Positions 8,686 to 18,410 of a DNA stretch of 64,000 nucleotides are shown piece by piece. The stretch covers positions 21,677-85,676 of the IMG/VR virus record IMGVR_UViG_3300021319_000137; one strand, given 5' to 3'. The translations under genes and the position numbers were made by a program. The stretch is from a virus (lineage: Duplodnaviria > Caudoviricetes). The notes beneath the pieces were generated by a model. The model was given only the letters and a program-made list of their open reading frames with translations. It was not told the DNA's origin and searched no databases. The stretch's first letter is position 1; each line of letters starts with the position of its first letter.

Positions 8686-8883
8686 TTTTTGCAAAAAATA
8701 AAATGTGAATAACGGTGCAAAATTGGCCGAAAAACGTGAGCGTGACAAAGAAGCGTGCAGGGGTTGCATGGAAGTGTGCAGGGGCTTCACACTTATTTGT
8801 TCAGATGGGTTGAAAGGCGCAAATTTGCGGTGCTTTTTAATCATACAGTCGCGATGCAATCGCGACATAGAAACCGCAAAACA
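8686..8883. promoter_or_regulatory. Divergent late promoter region
   Basis: Direct repeat aag(c/t)gtgcagggg at 8751 and 8772 (21-bp period), cAAATTTG -7-like box at 8820-8827, perfect 8-bp IR at 8848-8866. Confidence 0.5.
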
Positions 8884-9828
8884 ATGTCGAAAAACAAGAG
8901 AGTAAGAATTACCAACGAGCGCTTGAACAGTTACGGCACGAGGGTGCTGACCTCAGGCATGGACTTGTCGCAATATGAGCGCAATCCCGTGCTGCTTTAC
9001 ATGCACCAGCGTGGCGAGGTGATCGGCTATGTGAAGGACCTGAAGGTTGAGGGCGACGAGGTGACCGGCGAGCTGATGTTTGACGAGGCCTCCGAACTGA
9101 GCCAGCGTTGCAAGAAGCAGTGGGAGTTCGGTAGCCTGAAGATGGTGAGTGTGGGTCTCGACGTGCTCGAGCTGAGCGAGGACAAGAAATACCTCGTCGA
9201 GGGTCAGACGTGCCCGACCGTCACCAGGAGCAAATTGTTTGAGGTAAGCCTTGTCGACATCGGCGCCAACGATGATGCCATCGTGCTGATGAAGGATGGT
9301 CAACGATTAGAGATGGGCAAGGACGGCGAGAGCCCCCTGCCGAAGTTAAACCAACATAAAAATCAAGAAGAAGACATGGACAAGAAAGAGATTGCCCTGC
9401 TGCTGGGTTTACCGGCAGACGCAAGTGATGATGCCATCAAGGCCAAGATCAATGAGCTGAAGACTGCCGCCGATGAACGTGCGGAGCTCTCCAGGGAGAA
9501 TGACGCGCTGAAGCTGTCACGCATCGAAGCTGCTGTTGACGGTGCCATTGCAGAGAAGAAGATCACCGCTGACAAGAAAGATCATTTCATGGAGCTCGGC
9601 AAGAAGGTGGGCCTGGAGAGCCTGGAGGCTACCTTCGGCGCTATGACGCCTCAGGTGAAGCTGAGCCAGGTAATCGGTCATCAGGGCGGTGCCCCTGCAG
9701 ACAGCACCTGGAAAAAGCTGAGCGATGTCCCCGAGGACAAGATCCTGGAGCTGCGCAAGACCAACCCCGATGAGTACAAGCGCCTGTACAAGGCCGAGTA
9801 CGGCATTGAGTGTGAAATCGCCGATTAA
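8884..9828 (+). CDS. Prohead protease/scaffold (Mu gpI-like)
   Basis: ERLNSYGTRVLTSG, NPVLLYMH, LFEVSLVDIGAN; helical scaffold C-terminus; ATG 8884. Confidence 0.85.
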   Translation: MSKNKRVRITNERLNSYGTRVLTSGMDLSQYERNPVLLYMHQRGEVIGYVKDLKVEGDEVTGELMFDEASELSQRCKKQWEFGSLKMVSVGLDVLELSEDKKYLVEGQTCPTVTRSKLFEVSLVDIGANDDAIVLMKDGQRLEMGKDGESPLPKLNQHKNQEEDMDKKEIALLLGLPADASDDAIKAKINELKTAADERAELSRENDALKLSRIEAAVDGAIAEKKITADKKDHFMELGKKVGLESLEATFGAMTPQVKLSQVIGHQGGAPADSTWKKLSDVPEDKILELRKTNPDEYKRLYKAEYGIECEIAD

Positions 9829-9853
9829 GTTGAACCATTAAAATATTGAAGAC

Positions 9854-10924
9854 ATGAAACTGAAGATGTTGTTTCTTGGCCTTGTCTCGCTTGTGTTTAA
9901 CAGCGTGATGGGCGCAACTGTGGGCCATACGGTAGGTATCGATCCGATGGCCGGCGCCATTGGCGCCAATGTGATTGCCGCAGTTGGCGGTGCGTTTAAT
10001 ATGGTGCCTGCGGGCGTAGTCCGCGAAGGTGTCCTGGTTGAGGTGTGGACCGGAGAGCTGATCAAGTACCTGCGTCGTGGTCTTGAGGCCACCTTCCTTG
10101 ACGGCATTCCCGATGCGTCGTCGCTTGCCAATAACGACGTGATCCATCTGGTTGATGTGGGTGTTGACCCTGATGTGCTGGTGAACAACACGACGTACCC
10201 CATCCCGCTGCAGAACCTTGATGATACTGACAAGACCATCAGCCTTGACAAGTTCCAGAGCAAGGTGACGCCCATCACCGACGATGAGCTGTATGCCCTG
10301 AGCTATGACAAGATGGCGCGCGTGAAGGAGAGCCACGGTAATGCGATCAATGACTCGAAGTTTGCCAAGGCCGCACATGCCCTGTGTGCAAACAGCAACA
10401 CCGCGACGACCCCTGTTCTTGTTACCACCGGCGAGCGTGATGCTACGACAGGCCGCTTAAAGCTCACTGTCCAGGATGTCATCAACATGAAACGCGCGAT
10501 GGACAAACTGAAGGTTCCTAGCCAGAACCGCCGCCTGGTGCTGTGCAGCGACCACGTGAACGACCTGCTGGAGACGAGCCAGACCTTTAAGGAACAGTAC
10601 AACATCAACCGCAATGACGGCACAGTAGGCCGCCTGTTCGGCTTTGACATTTACGAGTTCGCCAACAACCCGCTGTACACAACTGCGGGCAATAAGAAGG
10701 CCGTGGGTGCTACCGCCAGTGCCGGTGAGTTCCAGTGCTCGTTCGCCTTCTATACACCCCGTGTGTTCAAGTGCACCGGCTCGACAAAGATGTACTACAG
10801 CGAGGCCTCGACAGACCCCGAGTACCAGCGCAACAAGATTAACTTCCGCCATTACTTCATCTGTATGCCGAAGAAGGCCGATGCCGGTGTTGTGATGCGT
10901 AGCGGCTACCAGGCTAGTGCCTAA
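9854..10924 (+). CDS. Major capsid protein
   Basis: 356 aa directly after protease; EVWTGELIK, VPSQNRRLVL, LFGFDIYE. Confidence 0.8.
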   Translation: MKLKMLFLGLVSLVFNSVMGATVGHTVGIDPMAGAIGANVIAAVGGAFNMVPAGVVREGVLVEVWTGELIKYLRRGLEATFLDGIPDASSLANNDVIHLVDVGVDPDVLVNNTTYPIPLQNLDDTDKTISLDKFQSKVTPITDDELYALSYDKMARVKESHGNAINDSKFAKAAHALCANSNTATTPVLVTTGERDATTGRLKLTVQDVINMKRAMDKLKVPSQNRRLVLCSDHVNDLLETSQTFKEQYNINRNDGTVGRLFGFDIYEFANNPLYTTAGNKKAVGATASAGEFQCSFAFYTPRVFKCTGSTKMYYSEASTDPEYQRNKINFRHYFICMPKKADAGVVMRSGYQASA

Positions 10925-11409
10925 TGCGTAAAGAGCTGAAATACCTTGTGCTTCATTGCACCGCCACTCCCGAAGGGCGTGAGGTCAGTTCCAGTGAGAT
11001 TCGTCACTGGCATACTGACCCCAAGCCCAGGGGGCGGGGGTGGAAGCAGGTGGGCTATACCGACATGATCCATCTGGATGGACGTGTAGAACGCTTGGTG
11101 AACAACAACGAGGACGCTTGGGTGGATCCATGGGAGGTGACCAACGGCGCGAAGGGCTATAATGCCGTGAGCCGCCATGTGGTGTATGTGGGCGGCTTGA
11201 AGAACATCCCCGGTGTTCCAAACGACAGACTCCCTGCCAAAGACACCCGGACGGCAGCGCAGCGCGAAGCCTTGAAACGCTATGTGCTGGACTTCCACCG
11301 TCGCCACCCGAAGGTGAAGATCGTGGGCCACAACCAGCTTGCCGCCAAGGATTGCCCGAGCTTTGACGTACCGAAATGGCTCAAGGAAATCGGCATCAAT
11401 CAGAAATAA
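10924..11409 (+). CDS. N-acetylmuramoyl-L-alanine amidase (T7 lysozyme-like endolysin)
   Basis: VLHCTAT, GYNAVSRHVVYVGG, VGHNQLAAKDCPSF zinc-binding motifs. Confidence 0.92.
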   Translation: MRKELKYLVLHCTATPEGREVSSSEIRHWHTDPKPRGRGWKQVGYTDMIHLDGRVERLVNNNEDAWVDPWEVTNGAKGYNAVSRHVVYVGGLKNIPGVPNDRLPAKDTRTAAQREALKRYVLDFHRRHPKVKIVGHNQLAAKDCPSFDVPKWLKEIGINQK

Positions 11410-11421
11410 CGATCAAGAGAT

Positions 11422-11883
11422 ATGGACTGGAATGACGTGTTGAATATGGCATTGAGCGGCGGCCTGGTGGGGTTGCTGACGTTCCTACTGACCTGGCGCA
11501 GCCAGGCCCGCAAGGCGCGTGCCGAAGCCGACACCGTGAACATCACCAACACCGAGCAGGCCACCCGTATCCTGGTTGAGAACATTGTTGAACCGCTTAA
11601 ACAGGAACTGAATGCGACGAGAAGAGACCTCAGCGCGACGAAGCGCGAGATGGCCCGATTGCGTAAAGCGATCGATGATGCCAACAGTTGCAAGTATAGT
11701 GCTTCTTGTCCTGTGCTGCGCCGGATGCGCGAGCAGCCGAAAGACGAGCCTCGCAAGCCAGACGGGCGAGGTGGCCCAGGCCCGCGTTACCCGCCTGGCG
11801 GACAGCGTCGAGCGCGTGACCATCAAGCGCCTGGAGCCGGTGAGCGTCCCGGAGAGCCGGGTGAAGCTGATGATAGCTGCTGA
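11422..11883 (+). CDS. Membrane-anchored lysis protein (holin or i-spanin-like)
   Basis: N-terminal TM (ALSGGLVGLLTFLLTW) then coiled coil; overlaps the downstream lipoprotein. Confidence 0.6.
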   Translation: MDWNDVLNMALSGGLVGLLTFLLTWRSQARKARAEADTVNITNTEQATRILVENIVEPLKQELNATRRDLSATKREMARLRKAIDDANSCKYSASCPVLRRMREQPKDEPRKPDGRGGPGPRYPPGGQRRARDHQAPGAGERPGEPGEADDSC

Positions 11884-12241
11884 CAGCCTGCTATCGACCC
11901 CTCTGGGCGCAAGCTGGACAGGCCGCAGTGGACAGGCTAACGTGAAAGTGCAGCGCCAGGCTGGCACCGCAGGCAAGCCGGAGGTGATAGTCGTGGAGGC
12001 CACGTGTGACAGCCTGCAGCTGCAGTGCGAACGCTATGAAGAGACAATTGCGAAACAGCGCCGTGCCATTGACGCGTTGTCCGAAGCCGGTTACCGGCTG
12101 TACCGCGAGCAGCTCGAGGAGGTGAAAGAGAAGCCTCCCAACGGGATTAGAACGGCGTTGAAATGGCTTTTCATCGGTATTATAATTGGCCTGTTAATGG
12201 GCCGGATCAAGACAATTTCAAGATTTATCAAACAAGTGTAA
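11675..12241 (+). CDS. Lipoprotein, o-spanin-like
   Basis: Signal peptide with lipobox (IVLLVLCCAG-C); start embedded in the upstream gene; C-terminal hydrophobic segment. Confidence 0.65.
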   Translation: MMPTVASIVLLVLCCAGCASSRKTSLASQTGEVAQARVTRLADSVERVTIKRLEPVSVPESRVKLMIAADSLLSTPLGASWTGRSGQANVKVQRQAGTAGKPEVIVVEATCDSLQLQCERYEETIAKQRRAIDALSEAGYRLYREQLEEVKEKPPNGIRTALKWLFIGIIIGLLMGRIKTISRFIKQV

Positions 12242-12259
12242 CATTAAAATCAAAGTATT

Positions 12260-12802
12260 ATGCCTAACATTTCATGGGGTAAACCCGAAATCTACTTTGG
12301 TGCTCAAGGCAAGACCGTCGGAGCAAACACCTTTGACTTTGAAAAGATTTCCACTCCTGCAGAGGATAGTACCCAACTGACCGGTCAACAGGGCGAGAAG
12401 GTTGAGGCTAAAATCGAGGGTGGTGCAGCCGAGGATACGCAATACAAGGATCCCACACTTGAGCTGGTGATGAAAGTGCGTATGGCTAAAGAGGATAGCG
12501 GCTCTCTGCGACGATTGCCTAGTGTGTTGTACAAGTCAGGAAGCACCTCGGAGTACACCCAAGACAAGGTGGCCGTGTGCCTGATTCCGAAGAATAATGC
12601 TACCCCAGGCTTTTTCTGTGCATCTTGTTCGGTGAGCATTATAGAGACGTACACGGCAGCAGACGGCGCTTTCTGGGAGATTACGTTGTCTATCAACGTA
12701 CCCACGTCCGGTAGTGCTATCCAATGGGGGCAGTACTATGCTACCGAAGGCACGTCCACCAATGCCGGAAAGTTCAAGATTACATCTGGCGTGGCAGCGT
12801 AA
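12260..12802 (+). CDS. Major tail (tube) protein
   Basis: 180 aa; ISWGKPEIYFG, TPAEDSTQLT; upstream of chaperone and tape measure. Confidence 0.7.
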   Translation: MPNISWGKPEIYFGAQGKTVGANTFDFEKISTPAEDSTQLTGQQGEKVEAKIEGGAAEDTQYKDPTLELVMKVRMAKEDSGSLRRLPSVLYKSGSTSEYTQDKVAVCLIPKNNATPGFFCASCSVSIIETYTAADGAFWEITLSINVPTSGSAIQWGQYYATEGTSTNAGKFKITSGVAA

Positions 12803-12828
12803 AGCGACACGTTGTGTAACTATTATTC

Positions 12829-12870
12829 GCGGCAGCGGGTATGCTAATGCTGCTCGCTGCCGCTTGATTT
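12829..12870 (+). terminator. Intrinsic terminator-like hairpin after the tail tube gene
   Basis: gcggcagcgggt / gctcgctgccgc followed by ttgattt. Confidence 0.55.
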
Positions 12871-12875
12871 AAGCA

Positions 12876-13556
12876 ATGGACACAAGAGGTATTGACATAT
12901 TGTTGGAACGTCGCAACGAGATTGAGGTGGCTGGTCGTCGATTCACGCTGTACCCACCGTCGCTGGGCGTTACGATGATGGTGAAGGGCGGTCTTGACGT
13001 GCTGGGTCTTGATCTGGTGGGCGATCCAGTTGTTTCAGTGATCGCAGCTGCAGAGCGTGACCGGCTGCAGTGCTGCCGCCTGGTCGCGTTGTGGTCGTGT
13101 GCTGATCGTGACGAGGCGATGGATGCCGGATTGATTGAGGAACGTGCTGCATACCTGGATGGTCATGTAGAAACGGATGAGCTTTCCACACTGCTTATAG
13201 AGTTGCTGTCGAGCACTCATGTGGACGATTTCCTGCAGTCCAGCGGTATTGTCAAGGAAGTGGAGCGGCTGCGCAAGGTGAGTGCATACAAGAAGAATGA
13301 GACGCCGACTTTTGGGGGCAAGACAATCTTCGGCCAGCTGATAGACGCCGCCTTGCAGCGGTATGGCTGGACCTACGAGTATCTGGTGTGGGGCATATCG
13401 TATGCGGCACTGACAGTGCTGATGGCTGACAAGGTGACGCAGGTGATCCTGAGCGAAGAGGAACGCAAGCGTGTGCCGTTGCATCTGCTTGATGGGGATG
13501 TCATCAGTGGTGATGATCCAAGGAACGCACAACGTATAGTTGAAATGTTTAGTTAA
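12876..13556 (+). CDS. Tail assembly chaperone-like protein
   Basis: Located between tail tube and tape measure; FGGKTIFGQLID...YGWTYEYLVWGI. Confidence 0.65.
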   Translation: MDTRGIDILLERRNEIEVAGRRFTLYPPSLGVTMMVKGGLDVLGLDLVGDPVVSVIAAAERDRLQCCRLVALWSCADRDEAMDAGLIEERAAYLDGHVETDELSTLLIELLSSTHVDDFLQSSGIVKEVERLRKVSAYKKNETPTFGGKTIFGQLIDAALQRYGWTYEYLVWGISYAALTVLMADKVTQVILSEEERKRVPLHLLDGDVISGDDPRNAQRIVEMFS

Positions 13557-13558
13557 TC

Positions 13559-16500
13559 ATGTCGGAGGTAAAGTTTGTCATCAGTCTGGATTCCCGGGCT
13601 TTCAAGTCTGGCAGTGAAGAGGTGAAGGCTCAGGTGAGGCGCATCACCGATGAGGTCAAGGTCGAGGGCGGCAAGATGCAGCGCGAGTTTGACAGTATCG
13701 GCAAGTCGATGGGCAGTTCCATGGGCAAGTACCTTGCTGCCTTTGGCGGTGCTGCTGTGTTCAAGCAGCTGATTGGAGATATGGTGCGCGTGCGAGGTGA
13801 GTTCCAGAAGGCGGACACCGCTATCCGGACGATGCTGGGCAGCAAGGAGAAGGCTGATGAGTTGATGTCCCAGGTGCGCGACTATGCCAAAATTTCCCCG
13901 CTTGAGTTCGGTGACATCACAAAGGCGACGCAGACGATGCTGAGCTTTGACGTTGAGGCTGCGAAAGTGCCAGGTTATATCAAGGCCATCGGAGACATAT
14001 CGATGGGCGAGAGCGGCAAGTTCCAGCAGCTGTCGTTGGCTTTCTCACAAATGAGTGCCACCGGCAAACTCATGGGTCAGGATCTGCTGCAGATGATCAA
14101 TGCCGGATTTAACCCATTGGCCGTGATAGCTGAGAAGACAGGCAAATCCATTGCGCAGCTCAAAGACGAGATGAGCAAGGGCAAGATCTCCGCTCAGCAG
14201 GTTCAACAGGCTTTCATTGATGCCACCAGTGCTGGCGGCAAGTTCTTTAACATGAGTGAGAATGCCGCAAAGACTATTGAAGGCCAGATGTCGATGCTCA
14301 GTGATGCTGTGGATGCGGCATTCAACGAGGTCGGCACAAAGAGTGAAGGCATTATCACCGGTGCAATCAGCGGTGTAACCAAACTGGTCGAGAACTACGA
14401 GGCTGTTGCAAAGGCCATCGGTCTCCTCATTGCCAATTATGGTGTATATAAGACTGCCGTGATTACGGTCACTGCGGTAGAGCAGGCGCACGGTATAGCA
14501 GCTGCAGCAGCTGCAGCAAAGACAACCATTCTCAAGGTTGCCCAAGACGCCCTTAACAAGTCTATGCTTGCCAATCCCTACGTTGCAGCAGCGGTCGCTT
14601 TGTCTGCTCTTGTCTCTGCCATTGTCGCAGCTGCTACTGCCACGGATGCCTTTGATGAGGCGCAGAAAAGCCTGGAGGAAGCAGCTGCTGGTGTTGACGC
14701 CAGCACGGCAAGTGAAATGTCAAAACTTGATGCCCTCTATAAGAAGCTGCTCGAAGCGGAAGAGGGCAGCGAGGCGTATAAGAAAATCAAGCAGCAGATC
14801 ATTGACCAATACAGCCAGTATTATGCCGGCCTTGAAGCTGAATGGGCCAAAGTCGGTAATCTGGCTCTGATGTATGACAAACTGACTGATGCCATCAGAA
14901 GGTCAATCGCTGCTCGTCAACTAAAGTCATTTGTCGATAAGCAGATGGATGCTAACGACAAAGTGGTACAGGAAAAACTCGATGATGCCTACAAGAAACT
15001 CATTGACAAGTATGGCAAAGCGAGAGGAACAGAGCTGTATAAGAAATTCTTCAAGTTCGCCACTCAAGGTGACGGCAAGGACATGGATGCCCAGGATTGG
15101 AAGGATCTTGAGAAGGCAACCATGTGGACTACCCGATGGGGCAAGAATGCCACTGACGGTATTGTGGACTTCCGTGTGAGCGTCAAAGAACTGGCCTATG
15201 ACATCCAGAAATCCAATAGGGCCACACTGGAGAGCATTGAATTATACAAGGAGATGTATGGCATCACTGAGGAAATCAAAGAAGAGACCACTACACCTAC
15301 CAAAGAACCGACCTATACCGATCCCAAGGAATTAGCCAGGCAAAAACGTGCTGCTGAGAAAGCCGCCCGAGATAGGGCGCGTATAGCCAAGGAGCAAGCC
15401 GATGAATATGACAAGATCACCGAGATTCACCTGCATCAGATGACCGAGCAGGGGCGCAAGTCGGCAGATCTAGAACTGGAGGTGCGTGAGGCTGAGATCC
15501 GTGCCATGCGCCAGGGTACCAAAAAGACCCTTGCTGAAATTGAGCTTGCCCGGGATAAAGAAGTTACATCGGTAACGCGATGGTATGAGGATCTGCGCCA
15601 GAAGCGTATTGATGAAGCCAAGAAGCTCTGGGATGCCCAGAAGAAAAACGAGGGCAAGAAGTTCTACGAAAGTGAAGAATACAAGAAGGCGTCCAGCAAT
15701 GAAGCATACACTGATGAAGAGAACAATGCCTTCAAGAAACGTATGGCCGCCGCCAATCAGGTATATGCCAACTCACTGAAAGAGATTCAGGATAATGAGA
15801 CCGCTGCCCTCACTTCGTTTCTGCGTGAGTACGGGAATTATCAGCAGCAGCGCTTGGCCATTGCCCAGGAATATGCCAAGAAGATCGAGAAGGCAGAGAC
15901 CGAGGGCGAACGTTTGACGTTACGCGCTGAGGAGCGTGAAGCCTATAGATCGCTTGATTTTGATCAGTTCAAAAAGTCAATCAACTGGGAGGCGGTGTTC
16001 AGTGATCTCGACGGTGTGTCGCTGGAGCACCTCAATACCTTAAAGGAACAGCTGCAGGGAACACTAAAAGATGGCACGCTATCCGCAATAGACTATAAGA
16101 CAGTCGTTGAGCAGATCGGCAAGATCGAGGAGGCTATTGTCGCCAAGCAGAACGAGTGGAAAAATGTGTTCGGCCTAACAATCCCCGAACTGGAAAAAAG
16201 GAAACGCTTGGAGCAAGAAGCTGTTGATGCCCAACAGCGTGCCGTTGATCTCCAAAGGTTGCAGGCGGAAGCGCAGAAGCGCTTGAACAGCGCGAAAACG
16301 ACCATCCAGGCTGCGTTGAACTTCAAGATCGATGCCGAAGACATCAAGGTGGAGAATGCGCAGGAGATCCTTAACAAGTTCACCCCCGACACGGAAATCT
16401 ACAAAACCCTTACACGTCTGTTTGGCAACCTTGCCGATGCTGAGCATGACCTTTCAGCGACCACCGAGGAATACAACACCGCTCAGGCTGATGCTGTCAT

Positions 16501-17911
16501 CAAGACCGAGAAGGCCCAGAAGACGTTGACCAGTGCTATTTCAGCCATCAATGAGATAGCACAGAAGGTAAATGCGAATATCCAGTCCACTGTTGACCTT
16601 ATTGAGACCCTTGGTTTGGGTGATTCAGCATTTGGTAAGGGCTTTGGTGATTTCGCTGATGCTGCCCAGTCGATGAGCGATGCTTTTAGTGCGCTGCAGA
16701 ACGGTAACATCATGGGTGCCATGAACGGTGTGTTGAGCAGCGTCGGCTCATTGGGTCAGGCCTTGGGCAAATGGGGCATTGCCGGGATGGGTGACAGTGA
16801 CAAGACTCTTGCTGAGGACATGGAGCGGTTGACAGAGAGCAACGAGGCGTTGAAGCGTAGCGTTGATGACTTGACCGACGAGATGAGCGAGAGTGCTGTA
16901 GCCGATGCCGGCGAGATCTACAAGCAGCTGCAGTCGAACCTGGAGCAGTCTCAGCGTAATACCCAGGAGATGCTGCGTCGCATGGGTGGGGCCTACAATA
17001 ACGGCTTCCTGGGCATCGGCGGCAAGGGTTCCTCGAACAGCAAAATCAACGAGGGTGTGAACTCCAGCGAGTGGCAGCGGGTGTCTCAGATCGTTGGCAA
17101 GAGCGTGACGAGTGCGAGCCAGTTCTGGTCACTGACAAGCGAGCAGATGCACAAGGTGGCGAAGGATGCCCCCGAGGTGTATGCCCATATCAAGCAGCTG
17201 GCGGCTGAGGGCTACCAAGATGCGGCGCAGTACATGGATGACTACATCGAATACTGGCGCGAGCTTGAGGAGGCTGCCGAGGCTTATGCCGAGAAGATCA
17301 CGGGTGTGTCTCTGGACAGCGTTGTGGGCGATTTCCAGCGTATGCTTGCTGACATGGACAGCAGTGCCGCAGACTTTGCCGACGACTTCGAGAAATACCT
17401 GCAGAACGCGATTATCGGCGCCCTGGTGTCGGACACGTATGAGCCGCTGATCAAGCAGTGGTATGAGTCGTTCAGGAAGGCTGCCGAGACCGACGGCATA
17501 GACCAGGCCGAGCGTGACGCGCTGCAGCGTGACTGGGACCGGATTGTGGGAGACGCCCTGCGCGACCGTGAACAGCTGCGCGAGCAATTCGGCTGGGGCA
17601 GCACCGGTGAGGGTAGCGGCGCATACAAAGCCGTGGCCTCGTTCACTCAGGAGCAGGGTGACGAGCTGAACGGGAGGTTGACCGCCATCCAGATTGGTCT
17701 GGAGCGCGAGAACCAGTCGCTGTCTGCTGCCGTGAGTGCCCTACAGGGGCTGTCGGTGGTAACCAATGCCCAGGGTACGACGTTGAACGAGATGCGCAAC
17801 CTGCTGCTGATCGGTAATGGCCACCTGGAGGACATTGCTCGATACACGAAAATCGCTTCACAGTATGGCGATGCGATAGAGACGATAGCCAACAAGATAA
17901 AGGAACTATAA
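13559..17911 (+). CDS. Tape measure protein
   Basis: 1450 aa, Ala-rich coiled coil; tape-measure domain (SPLEFGDITKA, KLMGQDLLQMINAGFNPL). Confidence 0.92.
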   Translation: MSEVKFVISLDSRAFKSGSEEVKAQVRRITDEVKVEGGKMQREFDSIGKSMGSSMGKYLAAFGGAAVFKQLIGDMVRVRGEFQKADTAIRTMLGSKEKADELMSQVRDYAKISPLEFGDITKATQTMLSFDVEAAKVPGYIKAIGDISMGESGKFQQLSLAFSQMSATGKLMGQDLLQMINAGFNPLAVIAEKTGKSIAQLKDEMSKGKISAQQVQQAFIDATSAGGKFFNMSENAAKTIEGQMSMLSDAVDAAFNEVGTKSEGIITGAISGVTKLVENYEAVAKAIGLLIANYGVYKTAVITVTAVEQAHGIAAAAAAAKTTILKVAQDALNKSMLANPYVAAAVALSALVSAIVAAATATDAFDEAQKSLEEAAAGVDASTASEMSKLDALYKKLLEAEEGSEAYKKIKQQIIDQYSQYYAGLEAEWAKVGNLALMYDKLTDAIRRSIAARQLKSFVDKQMDANDKVVQEKLDDAYKKLIDKYGKARGTELYKKFFKFATQGDGKDMDAQDWKDLEKATMWTTRWGKNATDGIVDFRVSVKELAYDIQKSNRATLESIELYKEMYGITEEIKEETTTPTKEPTYTDPKELARQKRAAEKAARDRARIAKEQADEYDKITEIHLHQMTEQGRKSADLELEVREAEIRAMRQGTKKTLAEIELARDKEVTSVTRWYEDLRQKRIDEAKKLWDAQKKNEGKKFYESEEYKKASSNEAYTDEENNAFKKRMAAANQVYANSLKEIQDNETAALTSFLREYGNYQQQRLAIAQEYAKKIEKAETEGERLTLRAEEREAYRSLDFDQFKKSINWEAVFSDLDGVSLEHLNTLKEQLQGTLKDGTLSAIDYKTVVEQIGKIEEAIVAKQNEWKNVFGLTIPELEKRKRLEQEAVDAQQRAVDLQRLQAEAQKRLNSAKTTIQAALNFKIDAEDIKVENAQEILNKFTPDTEIYKTLTRLFGNLADAEHDLSATTEEYNTAQADAVIKTEKAQKTLTSAISAINEIAQKVNANIQSTVDLIETLGLGDSAFGKGFGDFADAAQSMSDAFSALQNGNIMGAMNGVLSSVGSLGQALGKWGIAGMGDSDKTLAEDMERLTESNEALKRSVDDLTDEMSESAVADAGEIYKQLQSNLEQSQRNTQEMLRRMGGAYNNGFLGIGGKGSSNSKINEGVNSSEWQRVSQIVGKSVTSASQFWSLTSEQMHKVAKDAPEVYAHIKQLAAEGYQDAAQYMDDYIEYWRELEEAAEAYAEKITGVSLDSVVGDFQRMLADMDSSAADFADDFEKYLQNAIIGALVSDTYEPLIKQWYESFRKAAETDGIDQAERDALQRDWDRIVGDALRDREQLREQFGWGSTGEGSGAYKAVASFTQEQGDELNGRLTAIQIGLERENQSLSAAVSALQGLSVVTNAQGTTLNEMRNLLLIGNGHLEDIARYTKIASQYGDAIETIANKIKEL

Positions 17912-17915
17912 CGAT

Positions 17916-18410
17916 ATGCCTCACGGACAACTCAACATATTCAACTGGGCGGGTGTCAACGATGATGCCTTCGACCTTTATGGCGTGTCATTGAGTGACG
18001 GCGCAATAGCGACGCTGCTTGCACCAGCCGCCGCCAAGGAGCGCGTCAGCAACGAGAGCCGCCTTGAGAGCGGCAAGCGGATAGACATCCAGGCTCCCAC
18101 ACAATTCCAGGCCCGAGAGCTAACGCTTGAGATGCACCTGATAGCCGCCACCTACGAGCAGTTCCTGACACGCTATAGGGCATTCATGGATGCGATAACA
18201 GCCACAGGCCAGGGCATACTGCTTTCCTACACCGTCTATGGTCAGCAGATCAGGTTCAAGCTGCAGTACCTGTCGTGTACTCAGTTTGCGGCCTACAACG
18301 GCCAGTTGGCAAAGTTCGCCTTGCGTTTTGTCGAGCGCACGCCCGGCAACGGTGTCGTTTCGCTCACGCTGAATGGAACTAACGATAATGAAGAAGAGGA
18401 GAACGGGTAA
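17916..18410 (+). CDS. Distal tail (Dit)-like protein
   Basis: 164 aa immediately after the TMP; beta-rich. Confidence 0.6.
   Translation: MPHGQLNIFNWAGVNDDAFDLYGVSLSDGAIATLLAPAAAKERVSNESRLESGKRIDIQAPTQFQARELTLEMHLIAATYEQFLTRYRAFMDAITATGQGILLSYTVYGQQIRFKLQYLSCTQFAAYNGQLAKFALRFVERTPGNGVVSLTLNGTNDNEEEENG

Noticed and set aside
10924-12241. Lysis cassette between capsid and tail genes as a novelty
   Set aside because: Amidase plus overlapping membrane protein/lipoprotein is an ordinary lysis/spanin arrangement
12876-13556. G/GT-type tail chaperone frameshift
   Set aside because: The region is a single continuous ORF up to the TMP, so no frameshift is needed
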